Numbered from the stretch's first letter, positions 54,123 to 62,724 are shown. The stretch: 64,000 nt of DNA from an uncultured virus (IMG/VR IMGVR_UViG_3300009873_000002) (IMGVR_UViG_3300009873_000002:62001-126000), one strand, 5' to 3'. Notes: generated by a model from the sequence alone, not told the origin. Made by a program: numbers and translations.

Positions 54123-54387
54123 GGTTGTTCATTTCAAGTTTAGCTTCGATAACAGACTCTGCTACTGTTATATTTCCAGGATCATCTGACTGTATCATTT
54201 CCGTCAATCGCAAAACTTCAACCGGTGTAACTACACCAATAGAAGCTGCATAACTAAGTTGCTTCCTAACGGCTTCTCTACGAAGTTCCAGATGGAACAA
54301 CTCAGCACCACGGATACCGGTATGAATAACAATATCCCGTTGTCCAAGTTGTGGAGTCATAAACAACTTTACCAGTTCCTCTTGCAT
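54106..54387 (-). CDS. Hypothetical protein
   Basis: Likely ATG at 54387 (MQEELVK), just after the upstream stop. Stop overlaps the nuclease start. Confidence 0.5.
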   Translation of the reverse strand: MQEELVKLFMTPQLGQRDIVIHTGIRGAELFHLELRREAVRKQLSYAASIGVVTPVEVLRLTEMIQSDDPGNITVAESVIEAKLEMNNHGSNI

Positions 54388-54397
54388 GTTGTCAAGA

Positions 54398-54739
54398 CTA
54401 AAGGGTCTTGCCGGCTTGTTCTGAATCTGGATCATACCCAATAGTCCCGTAGAGTTCATCCTGTTCATTTTCGGTTAATACTGCTTCCCATCGTTTATCA
54501 TCGCATGCACTTGCAAGCGATCGGGTCTTGAACCCAAGTTTACATCCGCACAGCCCGCAACACGGTGCTGTTCCCGGTATCATACATTTCGCACCTTCCC
54601 GGTCAATGTGTGGACACTTCTCGCAAATGTCCATACGTTCTTTAGCAATCTCCTCAACAGCTCTCTTCTTGAAGAGACTGTTCTTCATCCCCTCGATTAT
54701 CTTCGCTTTGTTTCGCCATATCTGAGCTAATGATCCCAT
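54398..54739 (-). CDS. Small Cys-rich protein (DUF6171-like)
   Basis: ERMDICEKCP...CCGLCGC.L..KTR...AC...RW pattern. Confidence 0.6.
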   Translation of the reverse strand: MGSLAQIWRNKAKIIEGMKNSLFKKRAVEEIAKERMDICEKCPHIDREGAKCMIPGTAPCCGLCGCKLGFKTRSLASACDDKRWEAVLTENEQDELYGTIGYDPDSEQAGKTL

Positions 54740-55094
54740 ATCGCTTTTCCTTTACCTGTTGTTTACGTTCGAACTCTTTGTCCCATAAAGCAAGATTCTT
54801 ATTGAGCTTATCTATCTTGCCTTGTAAATCCTGTATGATCTTCATCCCGCGCATCGTCTCCGGATTTATCTTCGAGAGGATGGCCTGCAGTTTGGTTATT
54901 CGTGCTTTTATTGCTTTCGGACGGCTCCTGAATATTCCCAGTTGCTCAACCGAAATATGAGTATACTGCATACTACTCATCTTGTTCCTAAGATCTTTGT
55001 AGAAGAAGTCAACAACATCTCCCACAAGTTTCTCATTCATGTTAAGCTCCCGAGCTACTTCTGGAACTAATGTCTTAGCCTTTCTCGGTGTCAA
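54654..55094 (-). CDS. HU/IHF-like DNA-binding protein
   Basis: LVPEVARELNMNEKLVGDVVDFFY...HISVEQLGIF matches the HU fold N-terminus. Confidence 0.6.
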   Translation of the reverse strand: MTPRKAKTLVPEVARELNMNEKLVGDVVDFFYKDLRNKMSSMQYTHISVEQLGIFRSRPKAIKARITKLQAILSKINPETMRGMKIIQDLQGKIDKLNKNLALWDKEFERKQQVKEKRYGIISSDMAKQSEDNRGDEEQSLQEESC

Positions 55095-55506
55095 GCGTCA
55101 CAAATTTAAAGTCCAACAATATGTTCCCCTTGGTCTGAATCTTCAGATCAGGATTCAATTGTATCTTCTTACGTCTGTCACCTCGCTTTATTATGAGGTT
55201 ACTCTTCTCAGCTCTGATAAGGATATTCCTTATGGTTTGCGGAGAAGCTTCCGGTCTACGCTTGGAAGGATCATGAGGATCCGGTTTCCATGTGGTAAGC
55301 CTTTCCTGGAGACGCTTCTCTGCTTGCATGTCACAGAAATCACTCAGGTCAAATTCACCTATTTCCCCTAAACATGTAAGGCAATCCAGGTCAGCATCGC
55401 TCATGACTATACCATTAAGGAAACAGTGAGTCATGAGCTGATACCGGATAACAGCTGAACGAGACAAGCGAGCACGCTTGTCGACCTGGTTTACTACAGC
55501 TTTCAT
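55075..55506 (-). CDS. Putative winged-helix DNA-binding protein
   Basis: MSDADLDCL...SPQTIRNILIRAEKSNLIIKRG...IQLNP fits a MarR/RepL-like wHTH pattern. Confidence 0.55.
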   Translation of the reverse strand: MKAVVNQVDKRARLSRSAVIRYQLMTHCFLNGIVMSDADLDCLTCLGEIGEFDLSDFCDMQAEKRLQERLTTWKPDPHDPSKRRPEASPQTIRNILIRAEKSNLIIKRGDRRKKIQLNPDLKIQTKGNILLDFKFVTLDTEKG

Positions 55507-56462
55507 AGATTTTTCAGTGCACTTACTAATTCTGGTTGTGGAAACACATCACTCTTATCAGAGCGGATATTGGTATGAGATAAGATACCCTTCACTTGTC
55601 CTTTATAGGCTTCTGGTCGGAAGCTAAATACTTTCGAAGGATGTTCAGTACGTAACCAATCAACTAATCCTGATCTCATATTGATCTTAGGATGTCTACG
55701 CTCAATCTCAAAGATGAGCTTTATCAGACTGTCGATCTGTTTGGTTGTGTACTTGTGGTAGTATTGTTTACCACAGAATTTATATCCTAAGTCGCATACC
55801 ATAGATGCCGGCACTTCCTTATTTACGTAGTTGAAGAACTTACCATCTCTTTCTTCAAGATAACCCCAGTTACAGATTTCAATACCTATGGATTGAGGAT
55901 GCAGAGCACTGCTTCCGTTTTCACCAAGGTGATATGCCCAATCTGCATCAGGGAAACACTCAACTACAGAACCATCGTGAGTAGCATCACCGTTAGTTGT
56001 AGAAATTCCTCCGATCACAAATTGTGTAGCAATGCGACCACGAGTATCGTTATTCCACTGACTGATTGTAGCAAATGGATTATGACCACCTGCTGTATGA
56101 TGCAACACTAACCATTCTTTGTCTACTCCCTTTTTACCGGCTACATACTCATCATTATCCAAGTAGGACTTGAAGATAGTTAAACCCTGTGAAGTTTGGT
56201 ATGAACTTACAGCTGCAGGTAACGTCTTCGAAGGAGAAGATGATGAGGTTTTCAAATCTGTAGAGATGTAATCCTCTATACGGAAACCGAGTTTCTCAGC
56301 AGTTTGGGAACCGCAAACACCATCAGGATCGAGACCGTTAGCTTTCTGGTAAGATCGTAATGCAACTTCGGTGTCACTCCCGAATTTATTGTCGACCGCG
56401 ATACCAAGTAAAGACTGCAGTTTTCCTACCGCAGTGCCTTTATCACCACGTTTAAGTACCAT
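55503..56462 (-). CDS. Endolysin: peptidoglycan-binding domain + N-acetylmuramoyl-L-alanine amidase
   Basis: LKRGDKG...LQ...DNKFG...YQKANGLDPDGVCG (PG_binding_1). LVLHHTAG, AYHLG, SIGIEICNWG, SHTNIRSDKSD (Amidase_2). Confidence 0.92.
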   Translation of the reverse strand: MVLKRGDKGTAVGKLQSLLGIAVDNKFGSDTEVALRSYQKANGLDPDGVCGSQTAEKLGFRIEDYISTDLKTSSSSPSKTLPAAVSSYQTSQGLTIFKSYLDNDEYVAGKKGVDKEWLVLHHTAGGHNPFATISQWNNDTRGRIATQFVIGGISTTNGDATHDGSVVECFPDADWAYHLGENGSSALHPQSIGIEICNWGYLEERDGKFFNYVNKEVPASMVCDLGYKFCGKQYYHKYTTKQIDSLIKLIFEIERRHPKINMRSGLVDWLRTEHPSKVFSFRPEAYKGQVKGILSHTNIRSDKSDVFPQPELVSALKNL

Positions 56463-56791
56463 TACTCACCTCCTCCTTTCTCTGCCGGATCCCTCTTTAA
56501 TTTACGAGGACCTTTACCCTCCTCAGCATCTGGTGGAAGAGGTGGTGTTTTACCTTCACCTTCATCACCATTACCTTCGCCTGGTGCTGGCGCCATAGCA
56601 GATGCCATCTGGAATTGCATCTTGAAACGTTCAAAACGTTCCTTCTCAATCTGAGTCTGAAGCTTTTCATACTCCAGCTGTTTCTTGAGTCTTGGGATTT
56701 GCTTAGTGTAAAAAGCATCGAGGATTACACGTTGAGCCTCGATTTGCTCAGGAGTCATATCCTTAGCTGATTCGTTGGTTGTTTCTGACAT
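56462..56791 (-). CDS. Hypothetical coiled-coil protein
   Basis: 109 aa. First gene after the promoter/operator region. Stop abuts the endolysin start. Confidence 0.65.
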   Translation of the reverse strand: MSETTNESAKDMTPEQIEAQRVILDAFYTKQIPRLKKQLEYEKLQTQIEKERFERFKMQFQMASAMAPAPGEGNGDEGEGKTPPLPPDAEEGKGPRKLKRDPAEKGGGE

Positions 56792-56804
56792 AGTTGTTGG
56801 TTTA

Positions 56805-56860
56805 TAAACTTATCAAATTTACAACAAATGTACACATTCGTAGTAAACTTACCAAGTTTA
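56805..56860 (-). promoter_or_regulatory. Bacteroidota-type promoter (CTTG-N20-TACATTTG) flanked by two 17-bp palindromes
   Basis: TAnnTTTG -7 box at 56832-56825. TAAACTT-ATC-AAATTTA at 56805-56821 and perfect TAAACTT-ACC-AAGTTTA at 56844-56860. Confidence 0.65.
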
Positions 56861-56876
56861 TTTACAAAATGTGCAT

Positions 56877-56900
56877 AAAAAACCCCGGATAGAACCGGGG
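56877..56900 (-). terminator. Rho-independent terminator
   Basis: Minus strand CCCCGG-TTCTAT-CCGGGG followed by TTTTTT. Confidence 0.8.
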
Positions 56901-56905
56901 ATATC

Positions 56906-57151
56906 TTAACAAGGTAAAGCTGCGATGAAGTCGATAAGCTCCTGTTTATACTGGGGTTCTTTAGGTATAGCCCTCATCTTAAAGTAGTTAACAGCTTGTA
57001 CAATCGAGCTAGGACTCGTTGTTGTACGGGTCCATTCGTTATCCCAATTAGCGACTTTGTCGTTAAGGATAGCTTTGAACTCGTTGATGTATTCGGTGAG
57101 CCCTTGCTCGCATAGAGCATTGGCATCTGGTTGTAATAATTCTATAATCAT
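56906..57151 (-). CDS. Hypothetical protein
   Basis: 81-aa ORF in the operon, ending just before the terminator. Confidence 0.55.
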   Translation of the reverse strand: MIIELLQPDANALCEQGLTEYINEFKAILNDKVANWDNEWTRTTTSPSSIVQAVNYFKMRAIPKEPQYKQELIDFIAALPC

Positions 57152-57171
57152 GGGGTCTATGGTTTTACGAT

Positions 57172-57465
57172 TTACTTGTGATTATCCAGCTGTAGATCTA
57201 CCAGCTTCTTTACGCTTGCTGACAGCTCCTGTACTGTGGTTGCTAAATTACGTAGTTCAAGCTGTGTTGTTTGCTCAATGCGTTTTACATCACTGTTGAG
57301 CTGTAACTCCACAAGCTCAATACGACCTTTGTTCTTACCGGTCTCTTCGACTGCTTTCTTAGCATCTCCATGAACGATCTTCAGAAAATATCCGATGATC
57401 CCAAAGAGGATAAGGATTACGGCTCCGGCCACACCTAACAAAAAGTACGCTAAATCTGGTGTCAT
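57172..57465 (-). CDS. Membrane protein, holin-like candidate
   Basis: One N-terminal TM helix (LAYFLLGVAGAVILILFGIIGYFL) plus a coiled coil. Near the endolysin. Confidence 0.5.
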   Translation of the reverse strand: MTPDLAYFLLGVAGAVILILFGIIGYFLKIVHGDAKKAVEETGKNKGRIELVELQLNSDVKRIEQTTQLELRNLATTVQELSASVKKLVDLQLDNHK

Positions 57466-57471
57466 ATCTGG

Positions 57472-57960
57472 TTATTTACGTGGTTCAAAATATTGGGCTT
57501 TGAGTTTATTGCGAGCCTGCAAATAATTCCAGGCATCTCTAGCATGTTGCTTCTGACCAAATGCAAAGTTCAGCGCTTTGCTGAACCACTTACCGGTTTT
57601 GTTGAGATCGTTATCTATCTCAAGCTTTCCTACGCTGGCAGAAACTGATACATTCTTTTCTGTGAAAGTGGTATCCTCTTTTGCGGTGATACAATCCTCC
57701 AGGAATTCTCCACCTACTACATTCCACGAAAGATCCCATCCGTATGCAAACTCATAAATAGTATGTCCTATTGCAGCACATACACCATCAATGATCCGCC
57801 ATACAAATCGAAAGATTGCAGTCCATCGATTACCTTTACGTGCACGTTTACTAAGCCAAATACCGTATAGTAAGTTGTACACAAAGCCTACCGGTAGTAA
57901 GGCTACGCTAACGATCAAAGCCCATAATAAGGCCCATAATGCAATTGCTAGTTCTTTCAT
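57472..57960 (-). CDS. Membrane protein
   Basis: Hydrophobic N-terminus (LAIALWALLWALIVSVALLPVGFVY). Soluble C-terminal part. Confidence 0.55.
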   Translation of the reverse strand: MKELAIALWALLWALIVSVALLPVGFVYNLLYGIWLSKRARKGNRWTAIFRFVWRIIDGVCAAIGHTIYEFAYGWDLSWNVVGGEFLEDCITAKEDTTFTEKNVSVSASVGKLEIDNDLNKTGKWFSKALNFAFGQKQHARDAWNYLQARNKLKAQYFEPRK

Positions 57961-58310
57961 GGTTGGTATCTATTATCGACAACAGCATTTACACACGCTT
58001 CATCAGTACAAGCTTTAATCTGGTCCTTCAATGCTGATCCGGAAAACAACGGTGTTGTTTTAGCTGAAACTGCAGCCAGATAGAAGTTAATCTTGTTAGC
58101 TAAAGTGAGGTAGTAAACACTCTCATCTTTGGTTGATATCGGTATAGGAAAAGCAGCATCTGGTAATAATGGTATATTACTCCAGTTGATCTGCGCAGTA
58201 AGAGACATAGAAAATGTCTTGTTGTCAAAGACAAACCCTTGATCTATGATTAAACGAGATACCTCATCAATCTCGTTGTATCTGATATCTTTTAACTCGT
58301 CTAGTGTCAT
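57957..58310 (-). CDS. Tail fibre assembly-like protein (DUF4376-like)
   Basis: LDELKD...EID...IIDQGFVFDNKTF...AQINW...LKDQIKACTD...VNAV pattern. Confidence 0.6.
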   Translation of the reverse strand: MTLDELKDIRYNEIDEVSRLIIDQGFVFDNKTFSMSLTAQINWSNIPLLPDAAFPIPISTKDESVYYLTLANKINFYLAAVSAKTTPLFSGSALKDQIKACTDEACVNAVVDNRYQP

Positions 58311-58909
58311 GTTAATATACTGGTTGCTTGGTAAACATCAAGTGTATGGTTAGATCCTGCAGTAACAACCTCCCATTGTAAGTCAATTGTATTGGGTATA
58401 GCTTTATTCCAGGTTCCTGATCCTCGAACTGTCCGACGATTTATTTCGGAAGTCGCAGTCTGGTTGAATAATCTGAACAATCCTTCAACCGTATTTCCGG
58501 CACGAAAAGTGAGATCTACTTCGAATATGAAGAAACGACCTGATATAATACCAACACCCGGTGCAAAAGGAGCAAATGTTAAAGTCAGTCCTCCAATGTT
58601 AACTCTGAAGTTTATAGTACCCGGACCTCCGGTTTTACTATATTGGCAGATGACTTGGATCTTTCTCGAGCGACCATCAACTACTGCAGCATCTACGGGA
58701 AATGGCATGCTCATGAAATTGGACATAGGAGATATCCCAGCTTTAGCATAAGAGGCTGCAACTGGAAAAAGATATTCAGACTTCACATTTCCACTACCTG
58801 CAACTATATCAGCCATCGTAGCAAATGGATTGCCCGGTGCTGGTGCATTAGCATTCATCAAAGCCTTAAACTGGTTGTAAGGCAGTAGTTGGTCTATCTC
58901 TGTCTTCAT
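58307..58909 (-). CDS. Putative tail fibre tip/receptor-binding protein
   Basis: 200 aa. N-terminal ANAPAPGNPFATMADI linker and beta-rich C-terminus. Followed by a chaperone-like gene. Confidence 0.45.
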   Translation of the reverse strand: MKTEIDQLLPYNQFKALMNANAPAPGNPFATMADIVAGSGNVKSEYLFPVAASYAKAGISPMSNFMSMPFPVDAAVVDGRSRKIQVICQYSKTGGPGTINFRVNIGGLTLTFAPFAPGVGIISGRFFIFEVDLTFRAGNTVEGLFRLFNQTATSEINRRTVRGSGTWNKAIPNTIDLQWEVVTAGSNHTLDVYQATSILT

Positions 58910-59766
58910 TAAGATACGTAAGTTACAAGTAAATCGGTTCCTGTTCCATTATAAGCAATCACAGCTAATGTATCATCTTCTCCATCCGCAGAGAATGATA
59001 CACGCTCTCCTGGAAGGAGAGTTGCTCCTAATACCGTGGCATTACCTCCACCCGCGTTATAAATAGAAGCTGAGCGAGCACCGGCCGGCACTGTACCTGC
59101 AGCAGATGCACGCACCATTACAGGAGTTCTTACTACCGCTGTAAACTTGGCGCTAAAAGCCGCTAATGTAACTTCTGTTGCCAAAGGTCCTAAAGCTGCA
59201 GTAATCGCAGCAAGACCTGCTACTAATGTAGCTTCAGTAGCTCTTGTAGATAATGGTACATCAAGGTTAGCTGTGTTAGTAACAATACTACCAAGTAATG
59301 CATTTGTAGCAAGAAGAGTTACTTCACTGGCACGCGTACTAAGTGCAACATCAAGATCAGCATTAATTGCTGTTACCTGTGCTAGTATTCCCTCAAGAAC
59401 AAACTGAGGATTTACAATCTGAATCGGACCAACTGGTACAACTACAGCACCGCTTCCGTCATAGTAAATAGGCGGATCGAATGTATGAGTAGTTGTATTC
59501 CAGATGCGCACTTGCAAATAAGTTGGACAGTTAGCCGGACAGCCAACTCCACCCAAATCCATTACAAGATTTTGCTCGAACTCTTTACCGTTTTGTAATG
59601 CAGCAAGAACCATAGTAAGAGTAGCCTCTGTGGCTAATCCTCCAGGAACTGTTACACCAGCAGCGATCTGAGCAAGCAGATGCCATGCTTTGTTCTGGAA
59701 CGTGAAGTTATTCCCCTTCGTTCCATAGGTCTTGGTGTTACCTATACTTCCGCCTTTTCCGCTCAT
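58909..59766 (-). CDS. Putative fibre protein with A(T/S)ExTL repeats
   Basis: LATEATL, LDVALSTRASEVTL, LDVPLSTRATEATL and LATEVTL repeats. Confidence 0.5.
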   Translation of the reverse strand: MSGKGGSIGNTKTYGTKGNNFTFQNKAWHLLAQIAAGVTVPGGLATEATLTMVLAALQNGKEFEQNLVMDLGGVGCPANCPTYLQVRIWNTTTHTFDPPIYYDGSGAVVVPVGPIQIVNPQFVLEGILAQVTAINADLDVALSTRASEVTLLATNALLGSIVTNTANLDVPLSTRATEATLVAGLAAITAALGPLATEVTLAAFSAKFTAVVRTPVMVRASAAGTVPAGARSASIYNAGGGNATVLGATLLPGERVSFSADGEDDTLAVIAYNGTGTDLLVTYVS

Positions 59767-59767
59767 G

Positions 59768-60094
59768 TTATAGCTGATTTAAAAGGTTAATAAATGCGTC
59801 AACTTTATCCTTGTCTTGTTGGGACATATTGTTGTAGTCCAACGTGACTGGAGTCATATCTACAGCAACTGCTATAGGTCGATTAGCATCGATACCTACA
59901 GAAGTATTACTGATGGTAACCATGGCCTTGTTTGATAACAAGCTGGTGAACCCATCATAAACCGGTTGTTGAACCGGCTGTAGTTCAGAACGAGTGATAG
60001 CTACAGTTTTTGTAGAACCATCACCTTGTGTTACGAACACCCCCATGCAATCAGGGGCTGTTGTATCTTGGAATTGAGTAGCTGTAGTTTCCAT
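59768..60094 (-). CDS. Hypothetical protein
   Basis: 108 aa, tightly coupled between the spike and fibre genes. Confidence 0.6.
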   Translation of the reverse strand: METTATQFQDTTAPDCMGVFVTQGDGSTKTVAITRSELQPVQQPVYDGFTSLLSNKAMVTISNTSVGIDANRPIAVAVDMTPVTLDYNNMSQQDKDKVDAFINLLNQL

Positions 60095-60095
60095 A

Positions 60096-62042
60096 TTAGA
60101 ATACTGTTGGGATTATTAGACCTGGATCAACAATAACCCCGGTCGGAGTGAATACGTCAGTTACAAAAGCACTATTCGGTTTGCGTGTACGTACATTTTG
60201 GAAGCCTGATGTTACGGGAACACTTCCTGCTACAAGCTCTCCAAGAGCGCCTGCGCTGTCAGCCTCACAATTGTACATATAGATGTTATTACCAAGTTGG
60301 AACAAGTCAATCAATGCGATTGTACTATCCACTCGTGCATTATACAATCTGCAGTCTTTTAAGTACAGCACATTGTTAGGTTGGTCAGGTAAACCTACAT
60401 AACCAACACCTTGAACAATTACATAAGGATAAGGACCTGTAGTACCGTTGCTCGAAATCAAACCTTGTTCAACCATAACCGGGCAAGTACTGCTCGATTG
60501 GCGAATAGCTTCTCGGTTACTTGACACGGATCCTTTGACATACACACGACCAACATCACCAACTACACCATCAGTTTGGATACCGGCATGATCATTTCCT
60601 GTGATGTTACCGTAGATCTTTACATTTCCACCGCGTACCGCAACTGTGTAGTGTTCTACACCAGCTGCTGGAACACCTGTTATAATCATATTACCTCTTA
60701 CGGTAATATTAGAGGTTATAGGTGTAGTATTACCACAGTTCAATACATCACGCTCATAGTTCGATGTACTGTTACCGTTCATGGTGATCTCAGGACATTC
60801 GATGTAAAGATTACCTTGGAACACTGCGGCTCCACTGTTTCTCACAAAGAATATTCTTCGGTTAGAAATAATGTAGTCACGCACAAATAACTTCACATTA
60901 CACAATCCACGGAATGTTGACATGAAGTTGAATCCGGCAAATGGAGTAGCATTGATCTTGTTACCCTTGATTGTAACGTTTGCAGTAGTTACAGTAGGCG
61001 CAATAGAGAATGCATAAAATGATGTTGTTATATGATCAAACTCGAAGTTGATAGTTGATCCTCCAGTGATGTTCAATACACCTATGAAACCATTTACAAC
61101 AAGACTACCGGTAACTTTACAAGTTACGGATCCACCACCATCCTGGAATCCTCCAGAGATAATAGTAGCACCTGGTTCGAAATAGAAATCAACAAGGTTT
61201 TTGAAAGTCAATGTAGGCGGTGAGTATTGTCCTCTGCGTACATAGATCAAAGCAGGTGTACCTGCAGGGGCTGCAGCAAGCGCTGCTTGTATAGTTTGAT
61301 AAGGACGATCAAGTCTGTTAGGAAGACCGGTACCATCGTTACCAAATGCAGCATCTACATAGTAGTCGCTGGCTGGTAAACTGAATGTCGGAGCTGCCGG
61401 TGATGTGCACAATCTGGTACCGTCTGGGAAGTGTATACAACCATCACAGATATCAGTGATCTCTTGGCGTTCGTAGATAAATCCACCACCACCCCCTGCT
61501 TGCCAATCGATGAATGAAATAAGGTAGTACTTATCATTCACCGTATCATGCATCACAAGACTGTTACCCGGAAGAGATCCAAAGGATCCGAGGTTATTTA
61601 TTACCTCATTGTATAACGTGTCATAAGTCAGATTCTTTACCTGACTTAAGTCACTTGTATCAAATGACCATTCGGTGTTTGCGGGCGAACCTGCATTTGC
61701 AGAGCTTTCCACGAGAGGGTTATACAACCACTGGCTTAATCCACGAGTGATAGCAACATCTTTATCGATGTTGTCATAAACAGTGGCGCCAGTACCGGTT
61801 GGATGATTGAAGATAAATTTCTCACTCAGGGTAAAACTCTTCTGCAGGTTTACCGAGCATTGAGATACACCCATAGCAGCAATGAAGTCTTCGACAAGCA
61901 TAGCCATCTCGCGATATTTGGTGCTGTCTCGCTTACTATTTATGCTGCGACCTACAAGAATGAGGTCTTTATTTTTGATTAACTCAGAGGCTTTAAGAAG
62001 ACCGTACTGAGCGACCATTGCGTTAAAATTTACTATATCCAT
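60096..62042 (-). CDS. Tail spike / beta-helix (pectin-lyase-like) receptor-binding protein
   Basis: YYVDAAFGNDGTG...RPYQTIQAALAAA...IYVRRGQY beta-helix cap, then I/V/N/G-rich beta-solenoid. Confidence 0.7.
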   Translation of the reverse strand: MDIVNFNAMVAQYGLLKASELIKNKDLILVGRSINSKRDSTKYREMAMLVEDFIAAMGVSQCSVNLQKSFTLSEKFIFNHPTGTGATVYDNIDKDVAITRGLSQWLYNPLVESSANAGSPANTEWSFDTSDLSQVKNLTYDTLYNEVINNLGSFGSLPGNSLVMHDTVNDKYYLISFIDWQAGGGGGFIYERQEITDICDGCIHFPDGTRLCTSPAAPTFSLPASDYYVDAAFGNDGTGLPNRLDRPYQTIQAALAAAPAGTPALIYVRRGQYSPPTLTFKNLVDFYFEPGATIISGGFQDGGGSVTCKVTGSLVVNGFIGVLNITGGSTINFEFDHITTSFYAFSIAPTVTTANVTIKGNKINATPFAGFNFMSTFRGLCNVKLFVRDYIISNRRIFFVRNSGAAVFQGNLYIECPEITMNGNSTSNYERDVLNCGNTTPITSNITVRGNMIITGVPAAGVEHYTVAVRGGNVKIYGNITGNDHAGIQTDGVVGDVGRVYVKGSVSSNREAIRQSSSTCPVMVEQGLISSNGTTGPYPYVIVQGVGYVGLPDQPNNVLYLKDCRLYNARVDSTIALIDLFQLGNNIYMYNCEADSAGALGELVAGSVPVTSGFQNVRTRKPNSAFVTDVFTPTGVIVDPGLIIPTVF

Positions 62043-62068
62043 CTTCGAAGGTATTAGGTGTACAACCT

Positions 62069-62098
62069 AATATACGAAAATGTTACGATACCTCCAAA
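62069..62098 (-). promoter_or_regulatory. Putative late promoter TTTG-N19-GTATATT
   Basis: Between the last tRNA and the spike gene. Identical spacing to the other copies. Confidence 0.6.
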
Positions 62099-62104
62099 TT
62101 TTTG

Positions 62105-62176
62105 TTGCCCGAGCTGGATTCGAACCAACCTTCCTTGAACCAAAATCAAGTGTCCTGCCAGATAGACGATCGGGCA
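62105..62176 (-). tRNA. trnQ: tRNA-Gln(TTG)
   Basis: TGCCCGA/TCGGGCA acceptor. CTTGA-TTTTGGT-TCAAG anticodon arm. GGTTCGAATCC T arm. Confidence 0.92.
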
Positions 62177-62181
62177 TTAAG

Positions 62182-62254
62182 AGGTCCCGGAGGGATTCAA
62201 ACCCCCAACCTTTTGATCCGTATTCAAATGCTCATTCAGTTGAGCTACGGGACC
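62182..62254 (-). tRNA. trnR: tRNA-Arg(ACG)
   Basis: GGTCCCG/CGGGACC acceptor. TTTGA-ATACGGA-TCAAA arm. Variant T loop TTTGAAT. Confidence 0.85.
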
Positions 62255-62266
62255 TGGTAATCTTTG

Positions 62267-62341
62267 GGTGGCCGGTGGGCTTCGAACCCACAAATCCGAG
62301 AACCACAATCTCGTGAGTCTACCCAATTCCTCTACGACCAC
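62267..62341 (-). tRNA. trnH: tRNA-His(GTG)
   Basis: GTGGTCG/CGGCCAC acceptor. CGAGA-TTGTGGT-TCTCG arm. Confidence 0.9.
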
Positions 62342-62343
62342 AG

Positions 62344-62417
62344 AGCCCAAGGAGGGAATCGAACCCCCGACCCTCTGTTTACAAAACAGTAGCTCTAACC
62401 TGCTGAGCTACTTGGGC
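62344..62417 (-). tRNA. trnT: tRNA-Thr(TGT)
   Basis: GCCCAAG/CTTGGGC acceptor. CTGT-TTTGTAA-ACAG arm. Confidence 0.88.
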
Positions 62418-62425
62418 TTAATCAG

Positions 62426-62500
62426 TACTCCGGACGGGATTTGAACCCGTGATCTTCAGGATGAAAACCTGATGTCCTGGACCAGCTAGACGACCGGAGC
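62426..62500 (-). tRNA. trnE: tRNA-Glu(TTC)
   Basis: GCTCCGG/CCGGAGT acceptor. TCAGG-TTTTCAT-CCTGA arm. Confidence 0.9.
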
Positions 62501-62563
62501 AAAACCGGTTGATAGGGCGGACCTGGTACTATATCCGCTTTTATCAGGCATTCCTATCATCAG

Positions 62564-62637
62564 TAGCGGGGGTGCGACTCGAACGCACGACCTTTGGGTT
62601 ATGAGCCCAACGAGCTGACCAACTGCTCTACCCCGCC
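62564..62637 (-). tRNA. trnM: tRNA-Met(CAT), initiator-like
   Basis: TTGGG-CTCATAA-CCCAA with three G:C pairs. Weak G1:U72 pair. GGGGTAGAGCAG D-arm as in fMet tRNAs. Confidence 0.88.
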
Positions 62638-62645
62638 ATTACCTG

Positions 62646-62719
62646 TGGATCCTACCGGTTTCGAACCTGTTACCTTCGCATTATGAGTGCGCTGCTCTAA
62701 CCAATTGAGCTAAGGATCC
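62646..62719 (-). tRNA. tRNA-CAT (Ile2-lysidine or elongator Met)
   Basis: GGATCCT/AGGATCC acceptor. GCGCA-CTCATAA-TGCGA arm. Confidence 0.85.
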
Positions 62720-62724
62720 AGTTG

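Noticed and set aside
995..62042. Stop-codon reassignment as in some crAss-like phages
   Set aside because: Genes are full length in the standard code. TAG ends portal and TerL, and TGA ends the muzzle and tad2 genes.
58307..62042. Diversity-generating retroelement acting on fibre/spike genes
   Set aside because: No reverse transcriptase and no TR/VR repeat pair noticed in this window.
26..62316. Numerous plus-strand ORFs of 60-175 aa in the ORF track
   Set aside because: They lie antisense to long, motif-bearing minus-strand genes or tRNAs and have no recognisable motifs. They are shadow ORFs.
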